Shown: positions 38,587 to 48,216 of the stretch, piece after piece
Layout of the letters: each line of letters opens with the position of its first letter
Numbering within the stretch: position 1 is the stretch's first letter
Source: an uncultured Candidatus Binatia bacterium
Lineage (GTDB): Bacteria > Desulfobacterota > Binatia > Bin18
Assembly (NCBI GenBank): GCA_965200965.1
Contig: OZ241744.1
Location: 2,272,001-2,336,000 of the forward strand
Length of the DNA: 64,000 bases
Direction: 5' to 3'
Made by a program: the position numbers and the translations under genes
Notes under the pieces: generated by a model
What the model saw: the letters and a program-made list of their open reading frames with translations, nothing else
What the model was told of the DNA's origin: nothing
Databases searched by the model: none

Positions 38587-40967
38587 TGTTTGTACGCCAT
38601 GCGGCGCACCCGCATATGACAGGGGTGATATTCGCCCTGCTCGTGGCGACCATCTTCGCCCATGTCTGGTTCGGGAGCGCTCCCCTGCCGTTTGGCGGGC
38701 CGAACGTCATCCTCGCCGCCCTCGCTGTCATCCTGTCGCTGGCCCATGTCATGTCGCGCACACTCCGGCTCGACACACCCTCAGCCCTCATCCACGCCCT
38801 CATCAGGGACTTCCGCCCGGTCCTTCCGATCATGGCGGTATCGCTGCTCCTCCTCCTCTGGGCCTTGGCCGTCTATCTCTTCACCGACACACTCAGGCCA
38901 ACGCGGCTCGCCACGATGGGAATGGGTATCGGCCTCCTGTTTGCCGTCTATCTGTCCGTGGACAGCGTTTACAGAGCCACACTCATGGTGCTGGCGATCA
39001 GTATGGCAACCGCTGTATCCACCCTGTTCGGTATGGCCGTCACCTTTCTGGGAGACCCCTTCCTGACTCTCTGGGTGCAGATTGCCACCGTCAATGAGCA
39101 GCGCCTGTATACCATTCTGACCGAGGGCAGAACAGCCGGACTGAGCCCGGATACGGTTGCCCTGAGCTATCAACTTGCCATCGCCCTCCCCCTGGCCTTC
39201 GCCGCTTTCCTGTCCAATCTGTTCGGGCACGGCACAGCGTCCAGAATGACCCGTCGTGTTATCAGATCGACCGGAAGGCGACACGCTGGGTCCTCGATGA
39301 TCAGCCTCATGCTCTATGCCGCAGTGGCGATCATGGTCATTGGCATAACCGTGAATGCCACGCGCTCGGCGATCTGCGGCGTCCTGGTCGGCGCTGTCAT
39401 CATTGTCCTGCTGTCCCCGAGAAACCCGCAGATTTGGAGACGCCTGCTGTTTCTTGTCCCCTTGATTCCACTCTGGCTGCTCGTATTTTCCGATACCGCT
39501 CTCACCACCGCCGGCCCGACCATCGCCGGCCTTGCCCGTGCCGGTCCCGCCAACGGCACCCGCCACACCTTTGCCGGCCTGACCCCAGAGGAGGTCTACA
39601 CCGTCCAACTCCGCGTCCGTGACACCCAGGGCTACGGCCCGCCCAGCCCCGAACTGGCCGCTATCCCCAAACCCGACGGCAGCCTCGGCCTGACTTGGCA
39701 GGACCCCACCGAGCCCCCGACCCGCTACCAGTTCCGGCTTCGGACGGCGGACGCTTGGTGGCCCTGGCTGAGCTTCGAGCCAACCCCGAGTTCTGACGCG
39801 CCTTCCAGGCTCAACGGTCAAGGCCCGTCTGTCAATGGCCTCGCCGTTATTGGGCTCGCCGCTGCCAGCGACCACCCCCGCCAGGGCCATACCTTTGCCG
39901 GCCTGACCCCCGGCGAGGGCTATACCATCCAACTCCGCGTCCGTGACACCCAGGGCTACGGCCCGCCCAGCCCCGAACTGACCACTACCGCGGGGCGATA
40001 CGGCAGCTTCGTATTCACCTGGCAGGACCCTGCCGAGCCCCCGACCGGCTATCAGTTCAGGATCCGCCGGGCGAACACCACGGCCTGGTTCCCTTGGCAG
40101 ACTTTTGAACCTGACCTGAGCAGTCAAGGCCCGACCATCGCCGGTCTCGCTTCCCGCACCACCAGAGCCGACCCCAGCCACACGCTTACCAGCCTGGCTC
40201 CAGGGGAGAGGTATTTCGTCCAGCTTCGCGCCCGGAACGACACGGTCTACGGCCCGCCCAGTGCCACCCTGACCGCCATATCGGACCGTGTCGGCCACCT
40301 TAGACTCACCTGGCAGGACCCTGCCGACCTCCCGACCGGCTATCAGTTCCGGATCCGCCGGGCGAACACCACGGCCTGGTGGCCCTGGCAGACCTTCGAG
40401 ACCGCCCGTCAACCCAGCAGGGACAAACTCATCGCCGAGGCGCGAGCTGCTCTTCACAATGTTGAGGGATCATCACATCTGGGGGCGAATCTCCACAGCT
40501 TTTCTCACACAGCAACACGAGCCCGCATCCCCATAACAATCATGGCATTCCGACACGCCCTGGCCTACCCACTTGGAACCGGTCATTACTGGCCAAGCCT
40601 GTCATACCTCCCCGCGGGGCTGACCGCCCCAATGGTAAACTGGATTTTCACTCGTCATAGTCCGCATAACCAGTTTCTCGTCATTCTGGTCTACTACGGG
40701 TTTCCCGGCCTGATCTTGCTGATCCTGTTCTATGCGCTTGTGTCACGCTCGCTCCTGCACTCCGGAACATTGCTCATACGTTCGCCCGATACAGCCCTCT
40801 CTTTCCTCCTCGCCGCCCTTACTGGTGCGCTGGCCGGCTACGGCATCAACAGTCTCCTGCATAATACAGGGCCGTTCGTCGGTGACTGGTATCACTTCTT
40901 CCTGATCGGGCTGGCGTTCAGCCTCGGACGCATCGCCGCCTCTCGTCAAGCGAACGATCAGGAGTGA
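38583..40967 (+). CDS. O-antigen ligase/polymerase-like membrane protein with three FN3-like repeats inserted
   Basis: Many TM helices; RTAGL and NATRSA motifs; after the insert R..I, PLGTG and SPHNQFL..LVYYGFPG (Wzy_C/WaaL-like); repeats at 39513-40400. Confidence 0.8.
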   Translation: MMFVRHAAHPHMTGVIFALLVATIFAHVWFGSAPLPFGGPNVILAALAVILSLAHVMSRTLRLDTPSALIHALIRDFRPVLPIMAVSLLLLLWALAVYLFTDTLRPTRLATMGMGIGLLFAVYLSVDSVYRATLMVLAISMATAVSTLFGMAVTFLGDPFLTLWVQIATVNEQRLYTILTEGRTAGLSPDTVALSYQLAIALPLAFAAFLSNLFGHGTASRMTRRVIRSTGRRHAGSSMISLMLYAAVAIMVIGITVNATRSAICGVLVGAVIIVLLSPRNPQIWRRLLFLVPLIPLWLLVFSDTALTTAGPTIAGLARAGPANGTRHTFAGLTPEEVYTVQLRVRDTQGYGPPSPELAAIPKPDGSLGLTWQDPTEPPTRYQFRLRTADAWWPWLSFEPTPSSDAPSRLNGQGPSVNGLAVIGLAAASDHPRQGHTFAGLTPGEGYTIQLRVRDTQGYGPPSPELTTTAGRYGSFVFTWQDPAEPPTGYQFRIRRANTTAWFPWQTFEPDLSSQGPTIAGLASRTTRADPSHTLTSLAPGERYFVQLRARNDTVYGPPSATLTAISDRVGHLRLTWQDPADLPTGYQFRIRRANTTAWWPWQTFETARQPSRDKLIAEARAALHNVEGSSHLGANLHSFSHTATRARIPITIMAFRHALAYPLGTGHYWPSLSYLPAGLTAPMVNWIFTRHSPHNQFLVILVYYGFPGLILLILFYALVSRSLLHSGTLLIRSPDTALSFLLAALTGALAGYGINSLLHNTGPFVGDWYHFFLIGLAFSLGRIAASRQANDQE
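39246..39294 (+). repeat. 49-bp palindromic (REP-like) element, copy 1, inside a CDS
   Basis: atgacccgt-cgtgttatcagatcgaccggaaggcgacacg-ctgggtcct. Confidence 0.75.
39513..40400 (+). repeat. three tandem ~100-codon FN3-like repeats
   Basis: Units start at 39513, 39822 and 40128; shared GP.(I/V).GL...HT..GL.P.E.Y.(V/I)QLR.R...YGPPS...TWQDP...PT.YQFR.R...W.PW..FE. Confidence 0.85.
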
Positions 40968-41007
40968 ACGTGTCATCAGATCGGAGGAAGGCGACACCTT
41001 CACTCCT
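40960..41007 (+). repeat. palindromic (REP-like) element, copy 2, overlapping the ligase stop codon
   Basis: aggagtgaa-cgtgtcatcagatcggaggaaggcgacacc-ttcactcct. Confidence 0.75.
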
Positions 41008-41019
41008 CCTGTTACAGCC

Positions 41020-42180
41020 GTGAGCACACTCAAGCCCGTCTCACCGCCGCCTCAGGCCGAAGCGAAGCATCCGACAATGGTGCTGCTGGTCTCACCGCTT
41101 CCGCCGCCACCCGGAGGGATGGAAACCTGGACGCAGACCTTGTGCCAACGTGGCTTACCCGCTCCCTTCAATTTTGAACTTGTTGACACCAGAGCGTTCC
41201 GCGGGCCTCGAGCCGCACCGCCACAACTGAATCTGACCGAGATCAGGCGCAACCTGCGAATCCTGAGCCGCATCTATCGCGCGCTGGCTTCCGGGCGCTT
41301 TTCCCTCATGCATCTCAACTGTTTTCTGACGCTCAGCGGTGCGCCCCGCAACCTGGCCTCGGCTCTGATTGCCAGGCGGGCCGGCGTACCATACATCGTC
41401 CATCTGCACGGGACCTTCACCCTTCCTCCCGGCAGGCATCCCACCGCACGCTTCTATCGCTGGGCCTACCGCAGCATATTCGCCGGTGCAGCCCGGATTC
41501 TGGCCTTAGGCCGGCCAAGCTGCCGTGCCATCCTGGAGTTGGGCGACTTCGCCCACAAAACCTGCCCGCTCATGCCGAACTTCGTAGATTTCCGCACCAT
41601 CCCCGAACGCCTCCCCAAGACCGGGCCTCAGCAGCCCGTGCGGGTCATCTTTACCGGTGCGCTGATTGAAGCCAAAGGTGTACACACGATTGTCGAAATC
41701 GCCCGCCGCCTGCCGGCCGCGCGTTTTCAACTCGTGGGCGACGCTCCAGATGAATCCCGCGCCCGCCTCCTGCGGCATATCCGCCAACACGGCCTCGAAG
41801 GCCGGGTGCAGGTCCTCGGCCCGGTGACACACCGCGAAGTCCTCGGGATGCTGGCGGCAAGCGATGTCTTCCTGTTTCCGTCCAAATATGAAGGCTTCCC
41901 GCTCAGCGTGGCCGAGGCAATGGCCGTCGGTCTGCCGGTCGTCGCCTCTTCTGTGGGTGCGCTGCCGGAGATGATTGACGTTCCCCAAGGCGGCTGGCTG
42001 GCCCCTTCCGAAGACATAGCCGATTATGCTAAGATGCTGGTCCGTTTATGCAATGAGCCGGCGTTGAGAAATCGCATGGGACGCTACAACAGACACAAAG
42101 CCGGGCAGGAATATGAGTACGATGTCGTAGTTCGGCGACTGTGCGATATGTACGCGCGCATTCCGTTGGTGCACCCCTGA
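41020..42180 (+). CDS. glycosyltransferase family 4
   Basis: PPPGGMETW, HLHG, KG and EGFPLSVAEAMAVGLPVV motifs. Confidence 0.9.
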   Translation: MSTLKPVSPPPQAEAKHPTMVLLVSPLPPPPGGMETWTQTLCQRGLPAPFNFELVDTRAFRGPRAAPPQLNLTEIRRNLRILSRIYRALASGRFSLMHLNCFLTLSGAPRNLASALIARRAGVPYIVHLHGTFTLPPGRHPTARFYRWAYRSIFAGAARILALGRPSCRAILELGDFAHKTCPLMPNFVDFRTIPERLPKTGPQQPVRVIFTGALIEAKGVHTIVEIARRLPAARFQLVGDAPDESRARLLRHIRQHGLEGRVQVLGPVTHREVLGMLAASDVFLFPSKYEGFPLSVAEAMAVGLPVVASSVGALPEMIDVPQGGWLAPSEDIADYAKMLVRLCNEPALRNRMGRYNRHKAGQEYEYDVVVRRLCDMYARIPLVHP

Positions 42181-42193
42181 TTCCGCCACCCCC

Positions 42194-43159
42194 GTGAACA
42201 TGCACAAGGTATCGGTCATCATCCCGGCAAAGAACGCCGAGGCCACCCTTCCCGCTACCCTCGCTTCGGTGTTCAGCCAGGACTACCGCGGCCCCATTGA
42301 AGTGATCGTCGCCGACGGCTCAGACACCTCGGCCACCGCGGACCTGCTCTGCCGGCGTTATCCGCAAGTGCTGAGAGTGCCGAACCCGGAACATATCACC
42401 CCGACTGGCCTCAACTCTGCGTTACAGACGGCCACAGGAAAAATTGTTGTGCGTTGCGACAGCGCCTCCGTGCTGCCGCCACACTATGTACGCCAAGCCG
42501 TCGCTACACTCGAACGAACAGGTGCCGCCAATGTCGGCGGCCAGCAGTGTCCCGTCGGGACGAGCATGTTTGAACGGGCGGTGGGGCTGGCGACCACCAC
42601 ATTTCTGGGGACGGGAGGGGCCCGCTACCGCCTGGGGGGCCCTGAGGGCCCAATCGATACCGTCTACCTTGGCGTCTGGTATCGAAAGACGCTCGAAAAC
42701 CTGCAAGGATTTGATCCGGTGATGTTCATCAACGAGGACTATGAACTCAACTGGCGGCTGCGCCAGCAAAGAGAAACCGTGTGGTTCGACCCTATGCTGA
42801 AGGTTTCTTACCGGCCGCGCGGCACCTTGTGGGCCTTGGCGCAGCAGTACTTCACTTACGGCCGCCAGAAGTCCAGGATGTTGAGAGAGCACCCCAGCTC
42901 CCTGCGGGCCAGGCAGCTCCCCGCGCCGCTGCTGGTGCTGGGGCTGGCGGTTTGCGCGGTGCTGGCATTGGCCGGCGCTGGCTGGGCAGCCGCGGCGCTG
43001 CCCCTGGTCTACCTGTCGGTCCTCATCGGCGGGGGGCTGGCAATCGGTGTGCGTCGCCGCGACCCTGCCGCTGTCCTCGTCCCTCTGGTGCTGGCGGCGA
43101 TTCATCTGAGTTGGGGAGTCGGCTTCTTTCTGGCGGCTCGCAAGAAGCCGACCCACTGA
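42194..43159 (+). CDS. glycosyltransferase family 2 (ExoA-like)
   Basis: VIIPAKN, ADGSD, DTVYLG and NEDYELNWRL motifs; C-terminal TM helices. Confidence 0.88.
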   Translation: MNMHKVSVIIPAKNAEATLPATLASVFSQDYRGPIEVIVADGSDTSATADLLCRRYPQVLRVPNPEHITPTGLNSALQTATGKIVVRCDSASVLPPHYVRQAVATLERTGAANVGGQQCPVGTSMFERAVGLATTTFLGTGGARYRLGGPEGPIDTVYLGVWYRKTLENLQGFDPVMFINEDYELNWRLRQQRETVWFDPMLKVSYRPRGTLWALAQQYFTYGRQKSRMLREHPSSLRARQLPAPLLVLGLAVCAVLALAGAGWAAAALPLVYLSVLIGGGLAIGVRRRDPAAVLVPLVLAAIHLSWGVGFFLAARKKPTH

Positions 43160-43183
43160 TTGAAGCCGAGCGGCTTCAGTCCC

Positions 43184-43750
43184 TCAGGACTGCGGTTCTT
43201 CCTCTTTCCGAGGACCTGTCGTGTCATCAGATCGACCGGACGGCGACACGAGGGGTCCTTTGCTCGGGCCGCCCTCGCGGACCATATCCACTACCTCAAC
43301 CTTCTGCACAATCAGCCGCCGCCGCCGCTGCTGGAACATGCCCTCTATCTGCAAGGGCGTGCCGGGCGGGGCCTGGGAGATTTTCGACAGCAAGGCGGTT
43401 GGGCCGATGATGTTATAGTCAATGATGTACCTGCCGACCTGCTGAAGGATGTGGCGGCGGCTGACGATGTGCTCAGGCAGGTTGACGGCTTCGACATCCA
43501 CCACCTCAAACTGGTAGGTTTCGCTGTATTTGGCGATGCCCAGGCTGACCACTGCCAGGCTGTCCGCGGCCGGCCGGGGATTGATAACACCCTTGAAGCG
43601 GACCAGAAAAGGTGTCCGGGAGGTATCAGAGGCCGGGTTATCTCCGCCCGCCCCAAAGGGGATCAGCGGGACCGGAGCTTGGGCCACGGCCGGCGACAGG
43701 GCGCAGACACTCACCATACCGCTCACCACCATGTGTACGAGGCGCTTCAT
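43184..43750 (-). CDS. exported hypothetical protein
   Basis: GAGGAG RBS; signal peptide ending AVA-Q. Confidence 0.6.
   Translation of the reverse strand: MKRLVHMVVSGMVSVCALSPAVAQAPVPLIPFGAGGDNPASDTSRTPFLVRFKGVINPRPAADSLAVVSLGIAKYSETYQFEVVDVEAVNLPEHIVSRRHILQQVGRYIIDYNIIGPTALLSKISQAPPGTPLQIEGMFQQRRRRLIVQKVEVVDMVREGGPSKGPLVSPSGRSDDTTGPRKEEEPQS
43211..43259 (+). repeat. 49-bp palindromic (REP-like) element, copy 3, in the 3' end of 43184-43750
   Basis: aggacctgt-cgtgtcatcagatcgaccggacggcgacacg-aggggtcct. Confidence 0.8.
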
Positions 43751-43953
43751 CAGGATACTCCTCAGCGTGTGAGATCGGCCGGCTTACAGCGTTTGCCGCA
43801 ACTGCGTTTCCATATGCCGGCGCTGCCCCCATCCAACTGAGCCCATCGTAGCGAGAAGCCCTGCGCTTGCCAAGATGAGCCGTCGGCTCGCCCTGTGCCT
43901 CGGATTATGCTAGACAGCACACGAGGCGGACAGCCTCCAGAGGAGAGCGAAGT

Positions 43954-44736
43954 ATGGACACACGCTACGGAGATGTTGCGGTGAGCCTCGACGGCCATGT
44001 GGCAACGGTTGAGATACAGCGACCGCCCAATAATTTTTTTGATACCGCCCTGATCCGTTCGCTGGCCGATGCGTTTGAGGCCCTGGACGCCGAGCCGGAC
44101 TGCCGCGCCAGCGTGCTGGCCGCCCAGGGCAAGCACTTCTGCGCCGGCGCGAACTTTCACACCGGCCAGGCCGAGCGGGACCTCCGCAACGCCGAGAGCG
44201 GCAACCCGCTGTACGCCCAGGCAGTGCGCCTGTTTGCCTGCAAAAAACCGGTGGTGGGGGCGATTCAGGGCGCGGCGATTGGCGGCGGCTTTGGGCTGGC
44301 CCTGGTGCCGGATTTCCGCGTGGTCTGCCCGGAGAGCCGCTTTTCGGCCAATTTTACCAAACTCGGCTTTCACCCGGGCTTTGGCCTGACCTGGACGCTG
44401 CCGCGCCTGATTGGCGAGCAACGCGCCACCCTCATGTTTTACACCGGGCGGCGGATCGGCGGCGAGGAAGCCTATGCCTGGGGGATGGGCGATGTGCTGA
44501 CCGGGCACAGCCGGGTGCGGACCGCGGCCCTGACGCTGGCAGGAGAAATTGCGGAGAGCGCGCCCCTGGCCGTCCAGTCGGTACGCGCAACCATGCGCGG
44601 CTCGCTCGCCGCGGCGATCAAACGGGCCACCGACCATGAGTTCAAGGAGCAACACTGGCTCCAGCACACCGAGGATCACAAAGAGGGCGTCAGAGCGGTG
44701 GCCGAGCGGCGGGCGGGGAATTTTGTGGGCCGCTGA
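43954..44736 (+). CDS. enoyl-CoA hydratase/isomerase family protein
   Basis: FCAGANF, AIGGGFGLAL..DFR and LGFHPGFG motifs. Confidence 0.92.
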   Translation: MDTRYGDVAVSLDGHVATVEIQRPPNNFFDTALIRSLADAFEALDAEPDCRASVLAAQGKHFCAGANFHTGQAERDLRNAESGNPLYAQAVRLFACKKPVVGAIQGAAIGGGFGLALVPDFRVVCPESRFSANFTKLGFHPGFGLTWTLPRLIGEQRATLMFYTGRRIGGEEAYAWGMGDVLTGHSRVRTAALTLAGEIAESAPLAVQSVRATMRGSLAAAIKRATDHEFKEQHWLQHTEDHKEGVRAVAERRAGNFVGR

Positions 44737-44748
44737 GCGCGCGGCCGC

Positions 44749-47700
44749 TTACCAGGTATCTATGCACGGGCGCTTTTTGCCCGCACGCGCCGGCGGGGGC
44801 GGCACGGAGCGCAGCGCCGCCGTAATCCAGCGCCGTGACTCGGCCGGGTCAATCACATCGTCAATCTCAAAATAGGTTGCCGTACTGAGGGCTTTGCCGT
44901 TCTCGTACATTCTGGCGACCAGAGTGTCATACAACTCGGCGCGTTCACGCGGGTCGGTAAGCGCGGCCAACTCTTTGCGGAAGCCGAGCTTGACCGCCCC
45001 CTCCAGGCCCATGCCGCCAAACTCTCCGGTCGGCCATGAGACGGCGAAGAAGGGCGCTTTGAAGCTGCCGCCGGCCATGCCCTGTGCGCCCAGCCCGTAG
45101 GATTTCCGCAGCACGATGGTGAAAAAGGGCACGCTGATGCTGGCCCCGGTGACAAACATCCGGCAACAGTGCCGCACCAGGGCTTCTTTCTCGGCCTCGG
45201 GGCCGACCATGTTGCCGGGGGTATCGCACAGCATCAGGATCGGCAGCTCAAAGGCGTCGCACAGCTGCATGAAGCGCGTCGCCTTGTCCGCGGCCGGGCT
45301 GTCTATCGCCCCGCCGAGGTGTGTGGGGTTGTTGGCAATAATCCCGATGGGCCGGCCTTCAATCCGGGCCAGGGCTGTAACCATGCCGAGGCCGAAGTGG
45401 CGGCGGAGTTCCAGCACCGAGTCGGTATCGGCCAGGGTCTCGATGAGCTGGCGGATGTCGTACACCCGCAAACGGTTCTCGGGCACAATCCGGCGCAGCA
45501 GCCGTTGGTCGGCGCACTGCCAGTCGGCAACCGCGCCCTGGAAGTAGGACAGATATTTCCTGGCCACCCGGACGGCCTCGGCCTCATCCCTGACTGCGAT
45601 ATCGACCACTCCGTCAGCCACCTGGACATCCAGCGGCCCGACCTCTTCCGGGCGGAAGACGCCAAGGCCGCCGCCCTCAATCATGGCCGGACCGCCCATG
45701 CCGATGTTGGAGCCCTGGGTGGCAATAATCACGTCACAGCAGCCCAGAATGACCGCATTGCCGGCAAAGCAGCGGCCCGAGGTCACTCCGACCAGCGGCA
45801 CCAGCCCGCTCAGTCTGCCCCACAGGTGAAAGGCCATCACGTCCAGCCCCGCGGGGCTGGACCAGTCGGTATCGCCGGGCCGTCCGCCGCCGCCCTCGGC
45901 AAAGAACACGACCGGCCGTTTCCACTTTTCGGCCAGCTCAAACATCCGGTCTTTTTTGTAGTGGTTCTTAAAGCCCTGGGTGCCGGCCAGCACGGTATAG
46001 TCATAGGCCAGCACAACGCACCGGGCGCGCTCGTCGTCAAACAGCGCGCCGTTGATGCTGCCGACGCCGGCGATCAGGCCGTCGGCCGGCGTGTTTGTGA
46101 TCAGGTCGTCGAGCGAACGGCGCTGCCGCTGGGCGGCAATGACCAGCGGGCCGTACTCGACAAATGTGTCCGGGTCGCACAGGTCGGCGATATTCTCGCG
46201 GCTGGTGCGCTGGCCGGTCTTGCGCCGGCGGGCGACCGCCTGGGGACGGGCGGCGTCAAGCCCGACCGCGTGTCGTTCAACGACCTCGGCCAGGTCGGGG
46301 CGGATGTGGGCAAGATCGATCGCTGCCTGTTCCTGGACGGTGGCCGCATTGACCTCACCCTCTTCGATAAAAACCAGGGGGTGGCCCTCATAGACCGTAT
46401 CGCCCTCAGCCACCGTGATACGCCGCACAATGCCGCTCAGCTCGGACTCGATGACGTGCTCCATCTTCATGGCTTCGAGGATGAGCAGTTGCCGGCCGGC
46501 GTAGACCGCCTCGCCCTCGTGGACATCGAGGCTGATGACTGTGCCCTGCATGGGTGCTGTCACCGCACCGCTGCCGGCCAGCCCGATAGTCTCAAGCGCC
46601 GGTTCCGCCACCGTTGCCGCGGCGCTCGTTGGTGGCTGTCCGGCCTGTTTGCCAAAATCCAGCACTGCCAAGGGGTCGCCGGCGTCAAGCTGTGCCCCTG
46701 CCAGTGCGGGTTCCAGGCTCTGGGGGGTCGCTCCGGGCGGCGTAAAAAACAGGTGTTGATGGGTCTGCTCAGGCGAAACAAGGTCGGCGATATGATCTTC
46801 CACAAAGCGCGTGTAGACCTGGTTGGCCACAACATCGGGGTGTTGCAGCACATTCTGTAAAAACCTCAGGTTGGTTGCCACGCCCTCAATTCTGAACTCA
46901 CACAGGCCGCGGTAGGCGCGCCTCACCACGTCACCAAAGGTGCGGGACGGTGAGGAAGCGATGAGCTTGGCCAGCAGCGAGTCAAAGCGCGGATTCGTCC
47001 GATAGCCGGCATAGCCGAACGCATCGGTGCGCAGGCCAGGGCCAGAGGGCGCTTCAAATGCGCTGAGCAGCCCGCCGGCCGGTCGGGTGCTGCCGTCGGC
47101 CTGCATGGTCTCCATATTGACCCGGACCTGGAGGGCAAAGCCGCGCGGTTCGGGAATCCGGGCCTGCTGCAAGGTCAACTCGGCCAGGGACTGTCCGGTC
47201 GCAAGCTGGAGTTGGAGTTTGACCAGATCAAGGCTGGTCACTTCTTCGGTCACGGTATGTTCGACCTGGAGGCGGGCGTTGGTTTCAATGAAGGCATAGG
47301 CCGCGGTGTCTCCCGGAATGGTGGCATCAACCAGGAACTCAAACGTGCCCAGGTTGTTATAGCGAACGGTCCGGGCCAGCCTGACCGCGGCGGCGAAGAG
47401 CCGGTCACGCAGCCCGGGCGGCAGTCCCGGGCTGGGCGCAATTTCAACCAGCTTCTGATGCCGACGCTGGATGCTGCACTCCCGCTCCCAGACATGGCTC
47501 ACCGCCCCGGACCCATCGCCCACGATCTGGACTTCAATATGGCGGGCGCGGGGAAGCAATTGCTCAACATAGACATCGCCATTGCCAAACGCGGCCTTGG
47601 CCTCGGACTGGCAGCGGGCATAGGCTTCCGCAAGCGCATCGGCGCGAGAGACCGCCCGCATCCCACGTCCACCGCCACCGGCCACCGCCTTGACCAGCAT

Positions 47701-48174
47701 CGCTCCGCGGTCGCCCAGCGAGGCCAGAAACTCCCTGGCCCCCTCCAGGCTGGTCGGCCCTGCCGTGCCCGGCAGAACGGGCACTTCACACCGCTCGGCC
47801 AGGGCACGCGCCTGGGCCTTGTCGCCGAACAGTTCGAGAATGTCCGGCCGCGGGCCAACAAAGGACAGGCCAGCCTCGGCACAGCGACGGGCAAAGTCAG
47901 CGTTTTCACTCAGAAAACCGTATCCCGGATGAATGGCCTCACAGCCGGCCTGCTTCGCCACCTCCAGGACACGCTCGGCGTCAAGGTAGGCGGCCGGACC
48001 TGTTCCACCCAGCGGCCGGGCTTCGTCAGCCCGGCGGGTGTGCAGCGACCCGGCATCGTCCTCAGAAAACACAGCCACTGTCCGCATCCCCAGCTCGGCC
48101 GCGGCCCGCGCAATACGGATAGCGATCTCGCCCCTGTTGGCGATCAAAAGACTGCTCAGACTCATACCGCTCAC
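44749..48174 (-). CDS. single-chain acyl-CoA carboxylase (biotin carboxylase-BCCP-carboxyltransferase fusion)
   Basis: LIANRGEIA, HPGYGFLSEN, RLQVEH; biotin motif EAMKM; CT motifs YDYTVLAGTQG and DTPG; start may be 48165. Confidence 0.93.
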   Translation of the reverse strand: MSGMSLSSLLIANRGEIAIRIARAAAELGMRTVAVFSEDDAGSLHTRRADEARPLGGTGPAAYLDAERVLEVAKQAGCEAIHPGYGFLSENADFARRCAEAGLSFVGPRPDILELFGDKAQARALAERCEVPVLPGTAGPTSLEGAREFLASLGDRGAMLVKAVAGGGGRGMRAVSRADALAEAYARCQSEAKAAFGNGDVYVEQLLPRARHIEVQIVGDGSGAVSHVWERECSIQRRHQKLVEIAPSPGLPPGLRDRLFAAAVRLARTVRYNNLGTFEFLVDATIPGDTAAYAFIETNARLQVEHTVTEEVTSLDLVKLQLQLATGQSLAELTLQQARIPEPRGFALQVRVNMETMQADGSTRPAGGLLSAFEAPSGPGLRTDAFGYAGYRTNPRFDSLLAKLIASSPSRTFGDVVRRAYRGLCEFRIEGVATNLRFLQNVLQHPDVVANQVYTRFVEDHIADLVSPEQTHQHLFFTPPGATPQSLEPALAGAQLDAGDPLAVLDFGKQAGQPPTSAAATVAEPALETIGLAGSGAVTAPMQGTVISLDVHEGEAVYAGRQLLILEAMKMEHVIESELSGIVRRITVAEGDTVYEGHPLVFIEEGEVNAATVQEQAAIDLAHIRPDLAEVVERHAVGLDAARPQAVARRRKTGQRTSRENIADLCDPDTFVEYGPLVIAAQRQRRSLDDLITNTPADGLIAGVGSINGALFDDERARCVVLAYDYTVLAGTQGFKNHYKKDRMFELAEKWKRPVVFFAEGGGGRPGDTDWSSPAGLDVMAFHLWGRLSGLVPLVGVTSGRCFAGNAVILGCCDVIIATQGSNIGMGGPAMIEGGGLGVFRPEEVGPLDVQVADGVVDIAVRDEAEAVRVARKYLSYFQGAVADWQCADQRLLRRIVPENRLRVYDIRQLIETLADTDSVLELRRHFGLGMVTALARIEGRPIGIIANNPTHLGGAIDSPAADKATRFMQLCDAFELPILMLCDTPGNMVGPEAEKEALVRHCCRMFVTGASISVPFFTIVLRKSYGLGAQGMAGGSFKAPFFAVSWPTGEFGGMGLEGAVKLGFRKELAALTDPRERAELYDTLVARMYENGKALSTATYFEIDDVIDPAESRRWITAALRSVPPPPARAGKKRPCIDTW

Positions 48175-48216
48175 TTTTCAGGATTCAAGTGGATACCGGC
48201 TTCCCCGTATCAGGGG

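Noticed and set aside
39513-40400. Repeats considered as a CRISPR array or DGR template/variable repeat pair
   Set aside because: They are in-frame ~300-bp coding repeats with no spacers, no adenine-specific mismatch pattern, and no cas or reverse transcriptase gene nearby.
38781-40457. 558-aa minus-strand ORF with repeats
   Set aside because: Mirror of the ligase/FN3 gene; its repeats simply reflect the sense-strand repeats.
43764-43792. Possible fifth degenerate copy of the palindromic element (cgtgtgagatcggccgg)
   Set aside because: Only a partial match, and the right arm is missing.
43160-43840. 226-aa plus-strand ORF containing RVIRSTGRRH
   Set aside because: The minus-strand ORF has the RBS and signal peptide; the shared peptide comes from the palindromic element.
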